Positions 38,981-51,126 of a stretch of 64,000 nucleotides of DNA are shown one piece after another (position 1 is the first letter of the stretch; every line of letters starts with the position of its first letter). Position numbers and translations under genes: made by a program. Below the pieces are notes generated by a model. The model had not been told where the DNA came from. It did no database searches and worked only from the letters and a program-made list of their open reading frames with translations. Where the stretch lies: NCBI RefSeq assembly GCF_009834535.1, contig NC_045696.1, positions 114,640,001-114,704,000 of the forward strand, written 5' to 3'. The stretch comes from Camelus ferus (lineage: Eukaryota).

Positions 38981-41900
38981 GTAAGTTGAGCGCAAAAGAG
39001 GTGGCTCGGCTTGGGTGGCAGAGTTGACGGGGATGCTGGGCACGGCGCTGGGGGTGCGCCCTCGCGGGAGGCGAGGCGCGCGGAATGGGCTTTTGCACCG
39101 GCCGGACCCGGGACCCCCAGTCCCTCGGACCCTTCGCCCCCGTGCCCTACTCGTTCCGTCCCCACCCCTGCTCCTTGCCTCCTCTGCTCGGCGCCCAGCA
39201 GAGACGTGAGGTTGTGGGGCCGGAGTGGAGAGCGCAGAGCTTGAGGGTCTCCGGACACAAGGGGCTGTCGAGCAGGGACCAAAGGATCGGGACGCAGCGG
39301 CGAGGCGACAGGGTCAGCCTGGCTGTGGCCATCCTAGGCGACGGCTGAGCCACCGAGGATGGACACCCAGCCTCCTGCCTGTCTCCTAGAGGGTGTGTGA
39401 GGGGCGCGCTCCCTCCTCGGGAAACCTGGCGAAGTTGTTGGGATAAAGAAAGCACAGTTTGGTACTTGTCTTGTCTTCATTTGCTTCCTTTCTCCGTGAG
39501 AAGCTGTTGAGTTACAGGAATATCCTTTTGATATTTAGGGTGGAGTTGGGAGGCTGAGGGTAAACCAGTGTCCCTAAATCTGATCGCCCTCCTGGGCCAG
39601 GAGACAGAATTAAAAGTGAGAGCTCAGGGTCTCCTCACCTGGAGACTTTTTGCCTTAGGGGAGAAGTTTTATTGTGCGTGCAAATCGGGGTCAGAGGAAA
39701 CCGGCTGCGCCCAATATGGTGTCACCCCGTGTGAAATGCCCAGTACCTCATCAGTCTTGTCCCTCCCTTACAATTCGGACTTGCTCACATCACGTGTTTC
39801 TGGGGACTGTGTTTATGTCTGCTTTAGCCTGAGCTGCAGCTAAAGTAACGAGTAACGCGCAGTTCCCGGGTGTTTGGGTTTCTCCAAATTCTGGAACCTT
39901 GAACTGACTTGGAAAACTGGACTACGTTCCATAGGTGGAACTAAGGTCCCTCCAGCTGGCGCTTTTCTGTGACATTCCTGTGGTGCTTTCTGGAAATGTG
40001 ATGGAGAAATTTCTCTCTCTTCTTTTGAGGCAATTTGCTAGTTGGTCTGTTAAACGTGCCTTTCACGTGTGCATTCAATTCTAGTTCACCATGACCCCTG
40101 CAATCGACTAGAAAGATGTATCTCCCTCTGGGTTTTCATGCGAACCCCAGCCCGGGTACTGGGCAATTCAGTCACTTTTCTATGGTCCCTAAGCATGAAA
40201 GACAAATATGGGTCATTTCAAATTATGTAGATTGATGCAGCATAGCGTGGCTGGGGTTTGCTGCAATCTCTTCACATTTCCTTCCAGATGTTCCTCAGAA
40301 ATTAACTTGAACCCTCTTTTCATGGAGCTAACATATAGACTGGGGGAATGGACGGACATCCAGAGTTAACGTATTATCTTAGATTTAAATAAGTGAAGGG
40401 TTGGAAGCTCTCTGGATTAGGAGAAAGTGACCTGAGCCAAAAGTTAGGACTTCTGGGCTATGTCTGCTCTATGATGAAGTGACTGAAGGACTTCTGGAGT
40501 CATTTAATCATAATGATACTACTAATAATAGTAATAATCACATTTAATATTCGTTTTGCATTCATTGTACACCAAGCAGTGTGTTAAAGGCTTTATTGTC
40601 CTTGCAAACGCTTAATAACCCCAAGAAGGTAGCATCTTTACCATCTCCCCTTTGTGGATGAAGAAAGGGAGGCTTAAGAGATGTTAAATTTGGGACAGGT
40701 CAGTTCCATTAACCATTACGCAACCTCTTTGAAGCTCATTTGAAGAGTGGAAGGAGAATCTTTCTAAGTTCTAATGAAAAGTTAGTACGGTGATGACAGT
40801 ATCAGAGAGTGATTCATCCATAGCTATTTCAATGTTACAGAAATGAGGAACTTGAGACTTGAAATCAAGTGAAAATTGCACGACATTTATGTAATTCAGC
40901 CTGCCAGCTCTAGAGAGGGCTAAATGCTGAGGTCTTGGTGTTTACCTTGATGACGTTTCTATGTTGAACCCTTTATTCTAAATCTGTAATAGAACTAAAT
41001 TAAAACCCTCTCTTAAAGGTGTGCAATTTATAACATCAAGCATACCTGGTGCTAACATCACCTTTGAATGACTATATAGTTATTCTGAGATCTACTTGGA
41101 CACTCTTATATTTTAGCCAGCTTATAATTAATGCTCAGATCCTAACAGGATGTTGAATTTCTATTAAGAGATACTAGTGGAATGCTTTAGAGTTTCCTTT
41201 TTTTCTTTTCAACAGTATTTTCAAAACAATTACACCTCCTGCTGTGATTTGCTATTTACTAGGTGCATCAAAAGTTCAATAATGAAACGTGTTTGCAGTT
41301 CAACAAAATACAGTGTTTCATCTGTGATAACGACTCTGGCTAAGAGAATCACGCCTAATTTAGGGCTTATTTTATTTGAAATTTAATTAAGACAGCTGAG
41401 TTTCTCACTGCATTGCAAAGTGTACATAGGGAGCTGGGTACACATCTTCCATTATTTTCCTGCACTCTTCAACTTTATAAATCCATTACTCTTGAGTTCT
41501 TCAGGTAAGTTATGCCAGTGCTTGTCTGAAGATTTTGAAGCTTTTAAAACTAAGAGCAAGAACAACAAATGAGATGTTATTTGTCACGTTTCTTCACAAG
41601 CTGTAATTATTCTCATTTTGGGAATAGTGATAAGTCACAGATTTGATTTGCCTGGAATTACCAAAGAAAAGTGTATAAATCCATTGGGAAACTATGATAT
41701 CAATATCTCAAAAGTGGGAACAGCTTTGGGAAATAAAGAATCTTTGAGAAAGATCTTTTACTATATTTCATTGTACTTGCATGGTATCTTATTTTCAAAT
41801 AAAACTACATCTCTCTGTACTATAAACTGGTGGCTATTGTCATGGTTTCTCTCTTGTTTTAGGGTTAAATTGTTTTTTTCTAGTAGCAATTTAACATTGC

Positions 41901-43659
41901 ATAAAATATACATTTTTGTCTTTTGATACAGTTGAAGTCTTAAAAAAACATATTTTGCTGACTGGAAAACATGTTTCTGAATATGAACACGTTTTAGCAG
42001 AAGTATAAAAATAGCATAGTAATAACTTGCCTAGAGGTTTTGTTTATTTTTTTGGAACAATAAGGTTGTTATAGAAGCTAAGATAGTTAACCTTAGTAGT
42101 AAAATATTGAAGCTAATTATAAACTGGAATTATTGAATGGCAAAGTATTTTACGTGGGAATCTTGTAAATGAGCTAAACTTCTAATTACAAGAGCACTTG
42201 TCCTCCTGTGTTTTTCAGTTTTTTTTCAGTTCAATATTTGCACAATAAGACTAACAGTTTATTTGATATTATTTGGTGATTTGAACAATCAGATCTCTGA
42301 AAGGTGTTTTAACCTCCATAAAGATCTGAGTTACACTGCCATCACAGACTGAAGGAGCTAATACTGGGGAAAGATTTGCAATTTTGAATATTTCAAGAGC
42401 TTGGAACTGAAGGTGGATGACACTTAGTTTTTTGACAAGGGCTCTAAAGTGAGAGTTTGAATAAAATGAAGCCTGTGGGTTGACAATCAAGCGAGCACTT
42501 AAATAGCCTCTTAGGGAACCTGGAGCAGCTAAAATAGAGCGCAGGCCTAAAATTCACCAGTTTAATTAATCTTTTGAACAAGTGGATAACACGCTGGAGA
42601 TCAATTTTAAAATTCCAGTACATTAAAAATGTATTAATTTTTATCTCCTAGGGCCTGCTAAAATTAGCAATAACTCCCCTTTCTGGAATAACCCAGCTTT
42701 AAGTTTAATGAATTTGCAATGAGAAACAAGTTTAAGGATGTTGAGAGGCAGAGATGAATCAGATTCCTTCATCAAGTCTTCATCCCATTTTAAATGTGAT
42801 TTGAATCATATCTAGGTAATCCTAGACCATTTTTAGCATTTTGTCCAGACCAAGGATGGGTTTCAAAGAGAATCTAACTCCTAAACTACTGAAGCACTGG
42901 GAGAGTATACAAGAAGGCAGTTCTAGATTGGGAGAGGGACTCCTCACCACTTAGTGGCTTTATTACTTTGCCTACAGTGTCATCCGAAGAAACAAGTGTG
43001 CAGTCTTTCTAAGCAGGTGTTTTCAGTGAGAGGTTTGCAGTGAAAAAGAGTTCTTACTTGCCTTCTATATAGTTAATGTAGCCCTTCTTCTGGCAAAAAG
43101 TACCAGTCTTGGCATATCTTGAGTATACACCTGTCTCCACGAGAAGAAAAAATATTATTACAGTCCAGGGTTAAGGAAGTCCATTTGGGGATTTTCCTAA
43201 GGGTTTCTCATAAGATGGGGTCAGATGCTGGCCATCCAGTTTTTTCCTGATCTTGTCATGTGTTCTGTTTTTACATCTAGAGAGTTACTCACTGCTATTC
43301 TTATAATATATTATTAAAAATTATTAGAGAGTTCTTTCTCCTTTAACAATCTCTCATCTACCCTCAGGTAGGAAGGAAAAGTTAATGAATATTTCTATAA
43401 CATCTTTACTTCACTTAAACAGAGGAATACACACAAAACTCCAGAAGGCATCTTGAAAAATTGAGATTTTCAAGCTGCATTTTGTTGAGAACAATTTCTG
43501 GGAGTTAGTGTCCATGTACCAAATCTATCGAGATTATTTAGAATGTAAAGAATAAAGGATCATCTAGGTTTTAAAGTACTAGATTGAGTTCTCAGGTGGC
43601 TACACATTTTACATCCATACTAAACTATGACATTAAAGTCATAAAGGCAAAATAGTCAT

Positions 43660-43900
43660 TTAACCTGGCGTAACATTTAAGAGCTTGAAGTCAAGAACTA
43701 GAATGTCTGGATTTGACTCTTTGCTCTGTTCCCTGCAAGCTGTGAGAATTTAGTGAGCTAATTGTATATCTCTCTGCCTCAGTGTCCTTGTCTATAAAAT
43801 GGTGATGTTATAAGCAATCTATCACATAAATTGATTGAAGACTTCATAAGCTGATACATTCTAAGTGCTTCAAATACTGTCTAGTACAAATTGAATATGC
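43660..43900 (+). mobile_element. MIR SINE
   Basis: CTCTCTGCCTCAGTGTCCTTGTCTATAAAATGG core. Confidence 0.7.
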
Positions 43901-43985
43901 CATAGAAGTTAACTATTTTTTAAATGTTTTATTGAAGTATATAGTTGATTTACAATAAGATGCTAACTATTTTTAAACATCATCA

Positions 43986-44471
43986 AGTATTAGTTTCCTA
44001 TGGCTAATGAACCAAATGACCACAGGCTTGGTGGCTTAAAACAGAAGAGATGTTCTCTCTCCCAGCTCTGGAGGTCAGGAGGCTGGAATCCGTATCACTG
44101 GGCTGAAATCAGGATGTCAGCGAGGCGGTGCTCTGTCAGGATGCTGGAGGGGAGAATCTGCCCTGCCTCTTGCAGCCTCTGGTGGCTATTGACATTCCTT
44201 GGTTTGTGATTCTGTCGCTCTCCTCTCTGCCTCTGTTTCCCCATTGCCTTCTCCTCTGCGAGTCTGATCTCTCTCTACTTTTCTCTAAGGACATCTGGGA
44301 TTGAATCTTGGGCCAACGCTGATAAACTGGGATAATCTCCCACGCTAAGATCCTTAAATCAGTCACATCTGCAAGACCCTTTTCCCCAATAAAGTGACAT
44401 TTACAGGTTCCAGGGAATGAGATCTGATATAATTGGTGGGGGTGGTGGTGCATATTATTTTGCCTACCACA
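43986..44471 (-). mobile_element. MLT1C-like MaLR solo LTR
   Basis: GTATTAGTTTCCTATGGCT...TGGTGGCTTAAAACA...GTCACATCTGCAAG...GCCTACCACA. Confidence 0.85.
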
Positions 44472-45274
44472 ATCATCATCCTCCTATTTTTATACCATGC
44501 TCGATATAGAAGATAGCAGAACCAACATAACTAAATGGTAGGAAAGTGCAGAAAGGACTAGACATCTCCAATAGTTTAAAAGTCTATTGTTTTAACTTAC
44601 TTTCAAATGTTGACCAGATTCTGGATCATAGACTTCAGGGCAATTCATTATTTTCTGTTCATGTCACTTTATCCTAATGCAGTCAGTAACTATTTGATGA
44701 GCGATTACTATGTGCTTACAGAATGCTGGTGCTGGAAACGACCCACACCAGCAGGAAAGGCAGGACCCTGGGCTCATGGGTGTCTAGTGCATGAATAAAA
44801 GCACCGTTCTAGACAACTACTACCTTTTAACAAGTACGTTTGTTAAGCATAGTTGGCTCTTTATATTTAACCTCAAAATTTCAGGAGTGAAGAATTACTG
44901 TTAAAGTCACTTTAGAGATAAGGAACTCAGCCAAAGAAAATACACACGGCCAGGAATGGACAACTTTTGAACTCTGTTCCTTCTGGTTGTACTTTGAAAT
45001 ATAATAAAGAATCAGGAGGAAATTTAACAAAATAAGTAAAAATAAACTTCTAGACAGATAACAGAATTTTATCAGCCACACGATATAATCAGAAATATCA
45101 GTAAGATGTTTTGGTTAACTGGGGTTTCGGTTCAGCTGAGAAGTTAAGAACTTTCCTTTGGAACTGTTTACTTTTAACATTTTTTTTCCATAACAGCATT
45201 AGTTAATTTCATGGCCTTAGTGAATAGCCACTATTTACTTAGTTAGTTATTTTTTACCTTTTTTCCCCCAACTT

Positions 45275-47030
45275 TTTTTTTTAATAGCCTTTATTCTTTT
45301 AGAGCAGTTTCAGGTTCACAGCAGAATTGAGCAGAAAATACAGAGAGTTTGCACATAGCCCTCCCCACCTACTCATACATACTCCCCTACTTTTTTAATT
45401 GTGGTAAAATCCACATACTGTGAAATTCTAAGCATTTGATTATCTTAACTGTTTTTAAGTGTACAGTTCAGTGTGTGGTATTAAGTACATTCATATGGTT
45501 GTGCAACCATCACCACCACCCATCTCCAGATCTCTTTTCTTCCTGCAAAACCAAAACTCTATCTGTACCCATTAAACAGTACCTCCCCAGCAACCACCAC
45601 TCCGCTTTCTGATTTTTACTACTCTTAAGTGCATCACACAAGTGGAATAATACAGTATTTGTCTCTTTGTAATTGGTTTATTTTGTTTAGCATAACAGCC
45701 TCAAGATTCATCCAGGTTGTAGCACGCATCGAAATTTTCTTTTAAGGAAGAAAGTATTCCTTTGTATGTATACACTGCATTTTGCTTATCCATTCATCCA
45801 TCAGTAGACATGGATCTGTCTATGGGTCGCTTCCACGTTTAACCTATTGTGAGTAATGCTGTTACATACAAGAGTGTACAGACATCTCTTTGAGGCAGCG
45901 TTCAATTCTATATATCCAGAAGTGGAGTTGCTGGATTATATGGTCATTCTATTTTAAATGTTTTGAGGAGCCACCTCCTCAAAACCACCTATTTTCCTCA
46001 GCAGCTATGTTGGGTAGTTAGATAAGTGGGGGCACCGGGCAGATAAGGTGGAAGAGAGGGAGGATGGTCTGGAAGATGACGTTATGCCCACATCCACCGT
46101 AAAGAGGCTTTACTTCCTCAAAATGAGTGTCAGCAAAAACCTGACAGTGGCAACTGCAAGGTAGCAGAAAGGACTTAAGCGGATGGGACCCGATGCTTAT
46201 TGTAATATAATTAGCATTGCAGTTTAGGCCCCCACCCCGTGGCTTTTTCTTTGTGCATCATGGGTAAGGACATGTGCAAAAGGGGATGAGCATGACTCAG
46301 CACTCCAGGGGCAAGAGCCGTCAATCAATCAATGGACCACCTCTAAGCAAGGGTATAAGAGAAGGGGGCAAGCAAAGACCAACACTGCTATGCGCCTTTG
46401 GAATTAGCCCTCCTCCCGTTCTCGAAGGTTTCCCTTTCCCTTACTACACAGCGCTTCATCTCCCCCTTTGAATTCTTATCTTTCAAGTAAGACAAGAACT
46501 GGGGTCTTTTCCCTTCGCCTCTTGGGGTAACATCTGTACCATTTTACATTCCTGGTCACACGGGTTCCAGTTTCTCCAATCCATGCCAACTCTCATTTTC
46601 ATTTTTTTTTTTTTCAATACAGTAGCCTATTTTAAAGCTTATAATGAGTGTGAGAAGGTGTCTCACCGTAGTTTTAATTTGCACTTCCCTGATGATTAGT
46701 GTGTTGAACATCTTTTCATGTGCTTATTGACCGTTTGTATATCTTCTTTGGAAAAATGTCTGTTCCAGTCCTTTGCTTGTTTTTTGATTGAGTTGTTTGG
46801 TTTTTTGTTGTTGAGTTTTAGGAGTTTCTATATATTCTGAATCTTGATCCCTTATTAAGTATATGATTTGCAAATATTTCTCATTCTGTGGGTTGCCTTT
46901 TAACCCTGGTGATAGTGTCTTTTGATGGGCAATTAAAAAAATTTTCCAAAAAGTGCAATTTGTCTATTTCTGTTGTTGTTATTGCCTGTGCCTTTGGTAT
47001 CATAATGAAGAGATTATTGCCTGTATTTTA
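45275..47030 (-). mobile_element. Antisense L1 (L1MA/MB-like) fragments, interrupted by an LTR at 46008-46532
   Basis: TTGTGCAACCATCACCAC, CCAGAAGTGGAGTTGCTGGAT and TTGAACATCTTTTCATGTGCTTATTG motifs. L1 sequence is collinear on both sides of the LTR. Confidence 0.9.
46008..46532 (+). mobile_element. Solo ERV1-type LTR (525 bp) nested in L1
   Basis: TGTT...TAACA termini, TATAA at 46354, degenerate 4-bp flanks GCTA/TCTG. Confidence 0.8.
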
Positions 47031-47870
47031 TTTGGAAATTTTTTGGTAATGGGTTTAGGATGTTTTGAAAACAATGTAAAATATTGCTAAATTAAATTAA
47101 AAAATAAAAGACTAGAATGAGAAAGAATCAAGTTCATTTACAGACTAAAATACGAATGATCTCACAAATGTAATGTTGACAAGCAAAGGCCAGAAACCCC
47201 TCAAAACATGATTCTATTATGTAAAGTTCAAAATTAAGCAACACTGACTTATGATTACATCATAGTTATTGGTGAGGGAGGAGGCAAGGTGTGAAAATAT
47301 TTATTGTTTCCTGATCTGGGTGGTGATTCCATGGGTCTATTCACTTGTAAAAATCCATCAAATTGAATATACGATTTATGCACCTCTCTGTATTTGAATT
47401 ATGATCCAAAAAATTTAGAAATCAATGAATCATTCAGAAGCTCAGGATGAAAAGAAATTTCCTTAAGAGCAGGAAAGATAAGTGAAGAAGTCTTCCAACT
47501 CACGTTCTAAAGCAGAATCTACTGTGAGGACATGGCCGATAAATTTGACCTAAGTCTTTGAACAACCACCCGACCTGTAGAACCAGCTATCATCAGAACT
47601 CTACTGTTCAGGAAGGAAAGACCAGTCTTCAGACTGAGACTGAAAATGCTTTTTCCCAGGAGTCTTCATGGAGAGGGAACTGAACAGCACAGAGAGTAAC
47701 ATCCTTGTTCCTTACGCAGCAGAGACTTTCATAGGAATCTTTCTTACAAAGGGCTGAGCATTTGAGTTACTGGGATGCCTTCTGGTCTGGCTTAAGTGTA
47801 AACAATTCCGTTTCTAGAAGGATGGGAGGGCTAGGCACCCCTTAAACAATGCTTTATAAATTTTGCTCCT

Positions 47871-48091
47871 TTTATTTTATTGATTTTTTTTGTTTTATAT
47901 ATATATATATATATATACACACACATATATATGTGTATATATATTTATTGAAGTATAAATTTTTGGGTTTTTTGTGGGGGTTAATTAAGCTACTTTATTT
48001 TTTATTTTTGATGGAAGTACTAGGGGTTGAACACAGAACCTTTTGCATGCTAAGCACACACTCTACCACTGAGCTATACCCTCCCTCCTGC
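47871..48091 (-). mobile_element. vic-1-like SINE with an L1 3'-terminal snippet and (TA)n in its tail
   Basis: CTCTACCACTGAGCTATACCCTCCC head and TSD ATTTTGCTCCT at 47860-47870 and 48092-48102. Confidence 0.85.
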
Positions 48092-50484
48092 ATTTTGCTC
48101 CTGTTAATGACATTGGCTGTGATTGTGTAGCAATGAGCTTGAACCCACTAACTTTGACAGATCTCAAGTACTTATATTCTTTGTGATAAATTGAAAGCTC
48201 GAGTCAACTTGACTCTCTGGGAATCGTAGAAAATGGATACCTTCAGGAATGGTAGAGACATTCTAAGGTAGGAGCAGTTGGCAAGTCTATATTTGCCTTA
48301 AAAATTAATAAGTAAGTTACAGTGAATGAACTTGGATTTCCCTTGATAATTTAGTTCTTCAGGGGTCTCCTTGAGCATCAATAATCAAGATAAAATAGAC
48401 ATAATCCCATTATGTAGATAACAATCCCATTATGGCAGGGACTGCGATTTATTAATCTTTCTACTTCCTGCAATGCTTGTCAGTGTCTTGAACAAAGTTG
48501 GTGTCTCAAACATTTGTTGAATGAATAAACAATTACATTTTGCCATGTCATAGACATAGAATTTGTAGAAAATTGAGCTAAATAGCTATCAGAATCTAAA
48601 GATACTCTGAAAATTGCCTTAAATACAACATAATAATCTATTAGATTTTGATATGTTTTGTCATTTTCTCTCTCCTGAATAAAAGAGACACAACTCAGTT
48701 CCTGGTTAGTTGATGGCTTTTTGTAGGTTGAGTGAAGTATTTTTTGTATCTCATGAAGAAGAGTTGACCTCTGGAAATTGCTTTCAAAAGCCCATTTTTT
48801 GGTTTCCATGAACTTTGCTGAGCACTTTGATTTGTAAAATTCCTTTTTAATTAGTATTATGATTCTTAATTATTTATTAATCATAAATTATGTCTGATGC
48901 TTCTTTGACTCTTCATAAATAAAAAAACCAGAACAAGTTAACCTGAAGAGCTGATACTAGGGGGAGAATAAAAAAAAATGTTTTCTCTTTTTAGATCATA
49001 AATTAGAACATCTTCTTAATTTGGATTTTCAAAGTTGAAGAGAAACTACTAAGAATTCCGAGCAAGTCAGAAGAAATAATTCCTTTCTTAAAAGATTGCC
49101 TTTAACAAGAGCAAAAGCTTCCCTAATTAAGATGTTTTAACATGTGTAAGAAAATTTGAGAAAAACTAAATAATATTCAGGATAGAAAAGCTTACAATTA
49201 GGAATGATGGGGTTCACATTTCTGTGTCTATTCAGAGTAAAACTTTTTTTCATCTTTTTCAACTAATGCATGTACTAAAATCTTACACTGAAATAGTGCT
49301 TCACAGGATTCAAAAATGGCATGTGCAATTTCTCATTTATTTCTTCCCACAATTAGGTGAGTAAGTGTTAGCCATTAGCCAAATTTACATTTTTTGTCAA
49401 GATAAGGAAACAAAATCAAGAAAGCTCCAGTGATTTTGCAAGGCTAGATAACTTGTAGCTGGTAAAGCTGGATCGTGAACTAACCATGTCTGAATCAAAC
49501 CCCGAGGTTCCCTGCACGCCCCCGAATAGCTTCCTTTTCTTGCCACATAAGCAAGGAAATAGCTTCTGTTAAGTCTATCATACATTGGAATGATTTACGA
49601 GAATGATGGTATATGAATGGAAAAGAAATAAGAACAATCAATAAACAACAGTATTAAGGGAGTACTAATGAAACTTTAATTTGAAAATTGCTCCAAAAGG
49701 GACTCTAAGATAAGTTTTATAACCACACTCAGATTCGATGTGAAGATAAACTAATTTTATGCAAATGCCAACGTGACTTTAACTGTTATCTTATATACCT
49801 TGATGTGGTCCTTAAGGAAAATTGTCAGGCCCATTAATAAGTTTCTAAACTGATTAGGCTAATTTGGTACTCCCAAAAGGCATCTTTCTGTAAATTAATG
49901 CTGCCTATTACGTTCTGATTACAGCAAATTGCTTGCTTTCCATGCCCAAGATTGAAAGTTTCCAGTTTCTGCATTTTGTGCTTTCCCAGCCACTGGCTTT
50001 CCACTTTGACTTGCCACATGAGAACAATGAATCATCTTGTCCATTAGCTGAGCTTGGAAATTCTGTGTTATTCAATGAATTTGTTTCTTACCTCATCCCT
50101 GTAATAATTTGAAACCTGGCAACTTTACTTCACCAAATGTGTTGTGATGCAAGATCAACTAGTTTTGTTTTGAGCAGCCAAAGAGCGCAGTGTTTTTTCA
50201 TCCTTATAAATCCAATGGAATATTTTAATAATTGACACCGTGTGTTTCAGAATAATAAAAGGTTTAAGGTAATGATAGCTAGTGATCTCTGGAGGGGCGG
50301 CATAATCAAATAAGATTGGAAGGCTCTCAATTTTTCTAACCTGAAGGAAACAGAAATATGCCATCTGAGTGATCACCCTGATTATCAGAGTCTCCTAGGA
50401 ATACAGTTATTCATTTCTGTTTCATCAAGTCCCACTAAAGGAGAGTCAAAACGTTCAAGTTGAAGTCTTCTTTGTTTCCAACAG

Positions 50485-50586
50485 TGAAAGCAGGAGGCGA
50501 ACAGAGGGTCACACAGCGAGACAACGTATGCCAATACAGCGTGCCTCTGACGCCCCCTACAGTGAACAGGGCAGACAAGGGCATTG
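50485..50586 (+). CDS. Candidate 102-nt internal exon (phase 1-1), VKAGGEQRVTQRDNVCQYSVPLTPPTVNRADKGI
   Basis: Polypyrimidine acceptor TCTTCTTTGTTTCCAACAG|TG. It is stop-free in frame with the 38914 ATG when spliced to the 38980 donor. The downstream donor TTG|GTATTC is weak. Confidence 0.3.
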
Positions 50587-50964
50587 GTATTCGTTCCACG
50601 TTGAAAGAATTTTTGCAATTCCATGTCATTGGTTTGTCATTAAAACAAATAGCAATGAATCTTGGAAGCTGGCTTTTATTGGGGCGTCAATAAATTGAGT
50701 CTAATTAGTGACGATGGTAATAAGTTATTGAAATTTGGTTGATTGTCATAATGTGTATAGAGAACGTAGTGAGGACTGACCTTTGGGATACTGCCAAGTG
50801 CTATGCAATACTTCTTGTGTCTGAAACTAGAATCCTGATACTGATGTCGCGAATACGGCTGTGTGTGTGTGTATAGGAGTGTAATGTGTGTCTACAAACG
50901 AAAGTAGTTTTTTGGGAGTTTGAAATTTACAAATGTTAGCCTCTATATATAAAATAGATTTTAA

Positions 50965-51126
50965 AAAGTTTCTTCTGTATAGCGCAGGAAACTATGTTCA
51001 ATGTCTTGTAGTAACCTTTAAAGAAAAAAATATGAGAATGAATATATGTATGTATCTGCATGACTGGGACAGTGTGCTGTACACTAGAAATTGACACATT
51101 GTAACTGACTGTACTTCAAAAAAAAA
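50965..51126 (+). mobile_element. Short L1 3' end
   Basis: CTGTATAGCGCAGGAAACTAT...ACATTGTAACTGACTGTACTTC followed by poly(A). Confidence 0.85.

Larger units (their letters stand above)
38520..39430 (+). promoter_or_regulatory. CpG island / TATA-less promoter of a + strand gene
   Basis: Only strongly GC- and CpG-rich block in an otherwise CpG-depleted window. It has a GC box (GGGGCGGG ~38662) and a (GCC)n tract, and contains a canonical 5' splice donor at 38981. Confidence 0.9.

Noticed and set aside
38352..39455. Many overlapping long ORFs (210, 269, 155 aa etc.) on both strands
   Set aside because: GC-rich CpG-island sequence lacks AT-rich stop codons. The translations are low-complexity Ala/Pro/Arg/Gly with no domain, and several run through the splice donor.
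48401..48440. Short tandem duplications (here, and at ~34612-34650, ~56757-56785, ~57154-57185)
   Set aside because: Two-copy 17-21-bp slippage duplications with no spacers or array structure. They are not CRISPR-like.
38875..50586. Assigning a gene name (I considered upstream exons of ANO4, ANK2 and SLC4A4)
   Set aside because: None matched the sequences or exon phases as I recall them, and no further diagnostic exon is in the window. The symbol is left blank pending BLAST.
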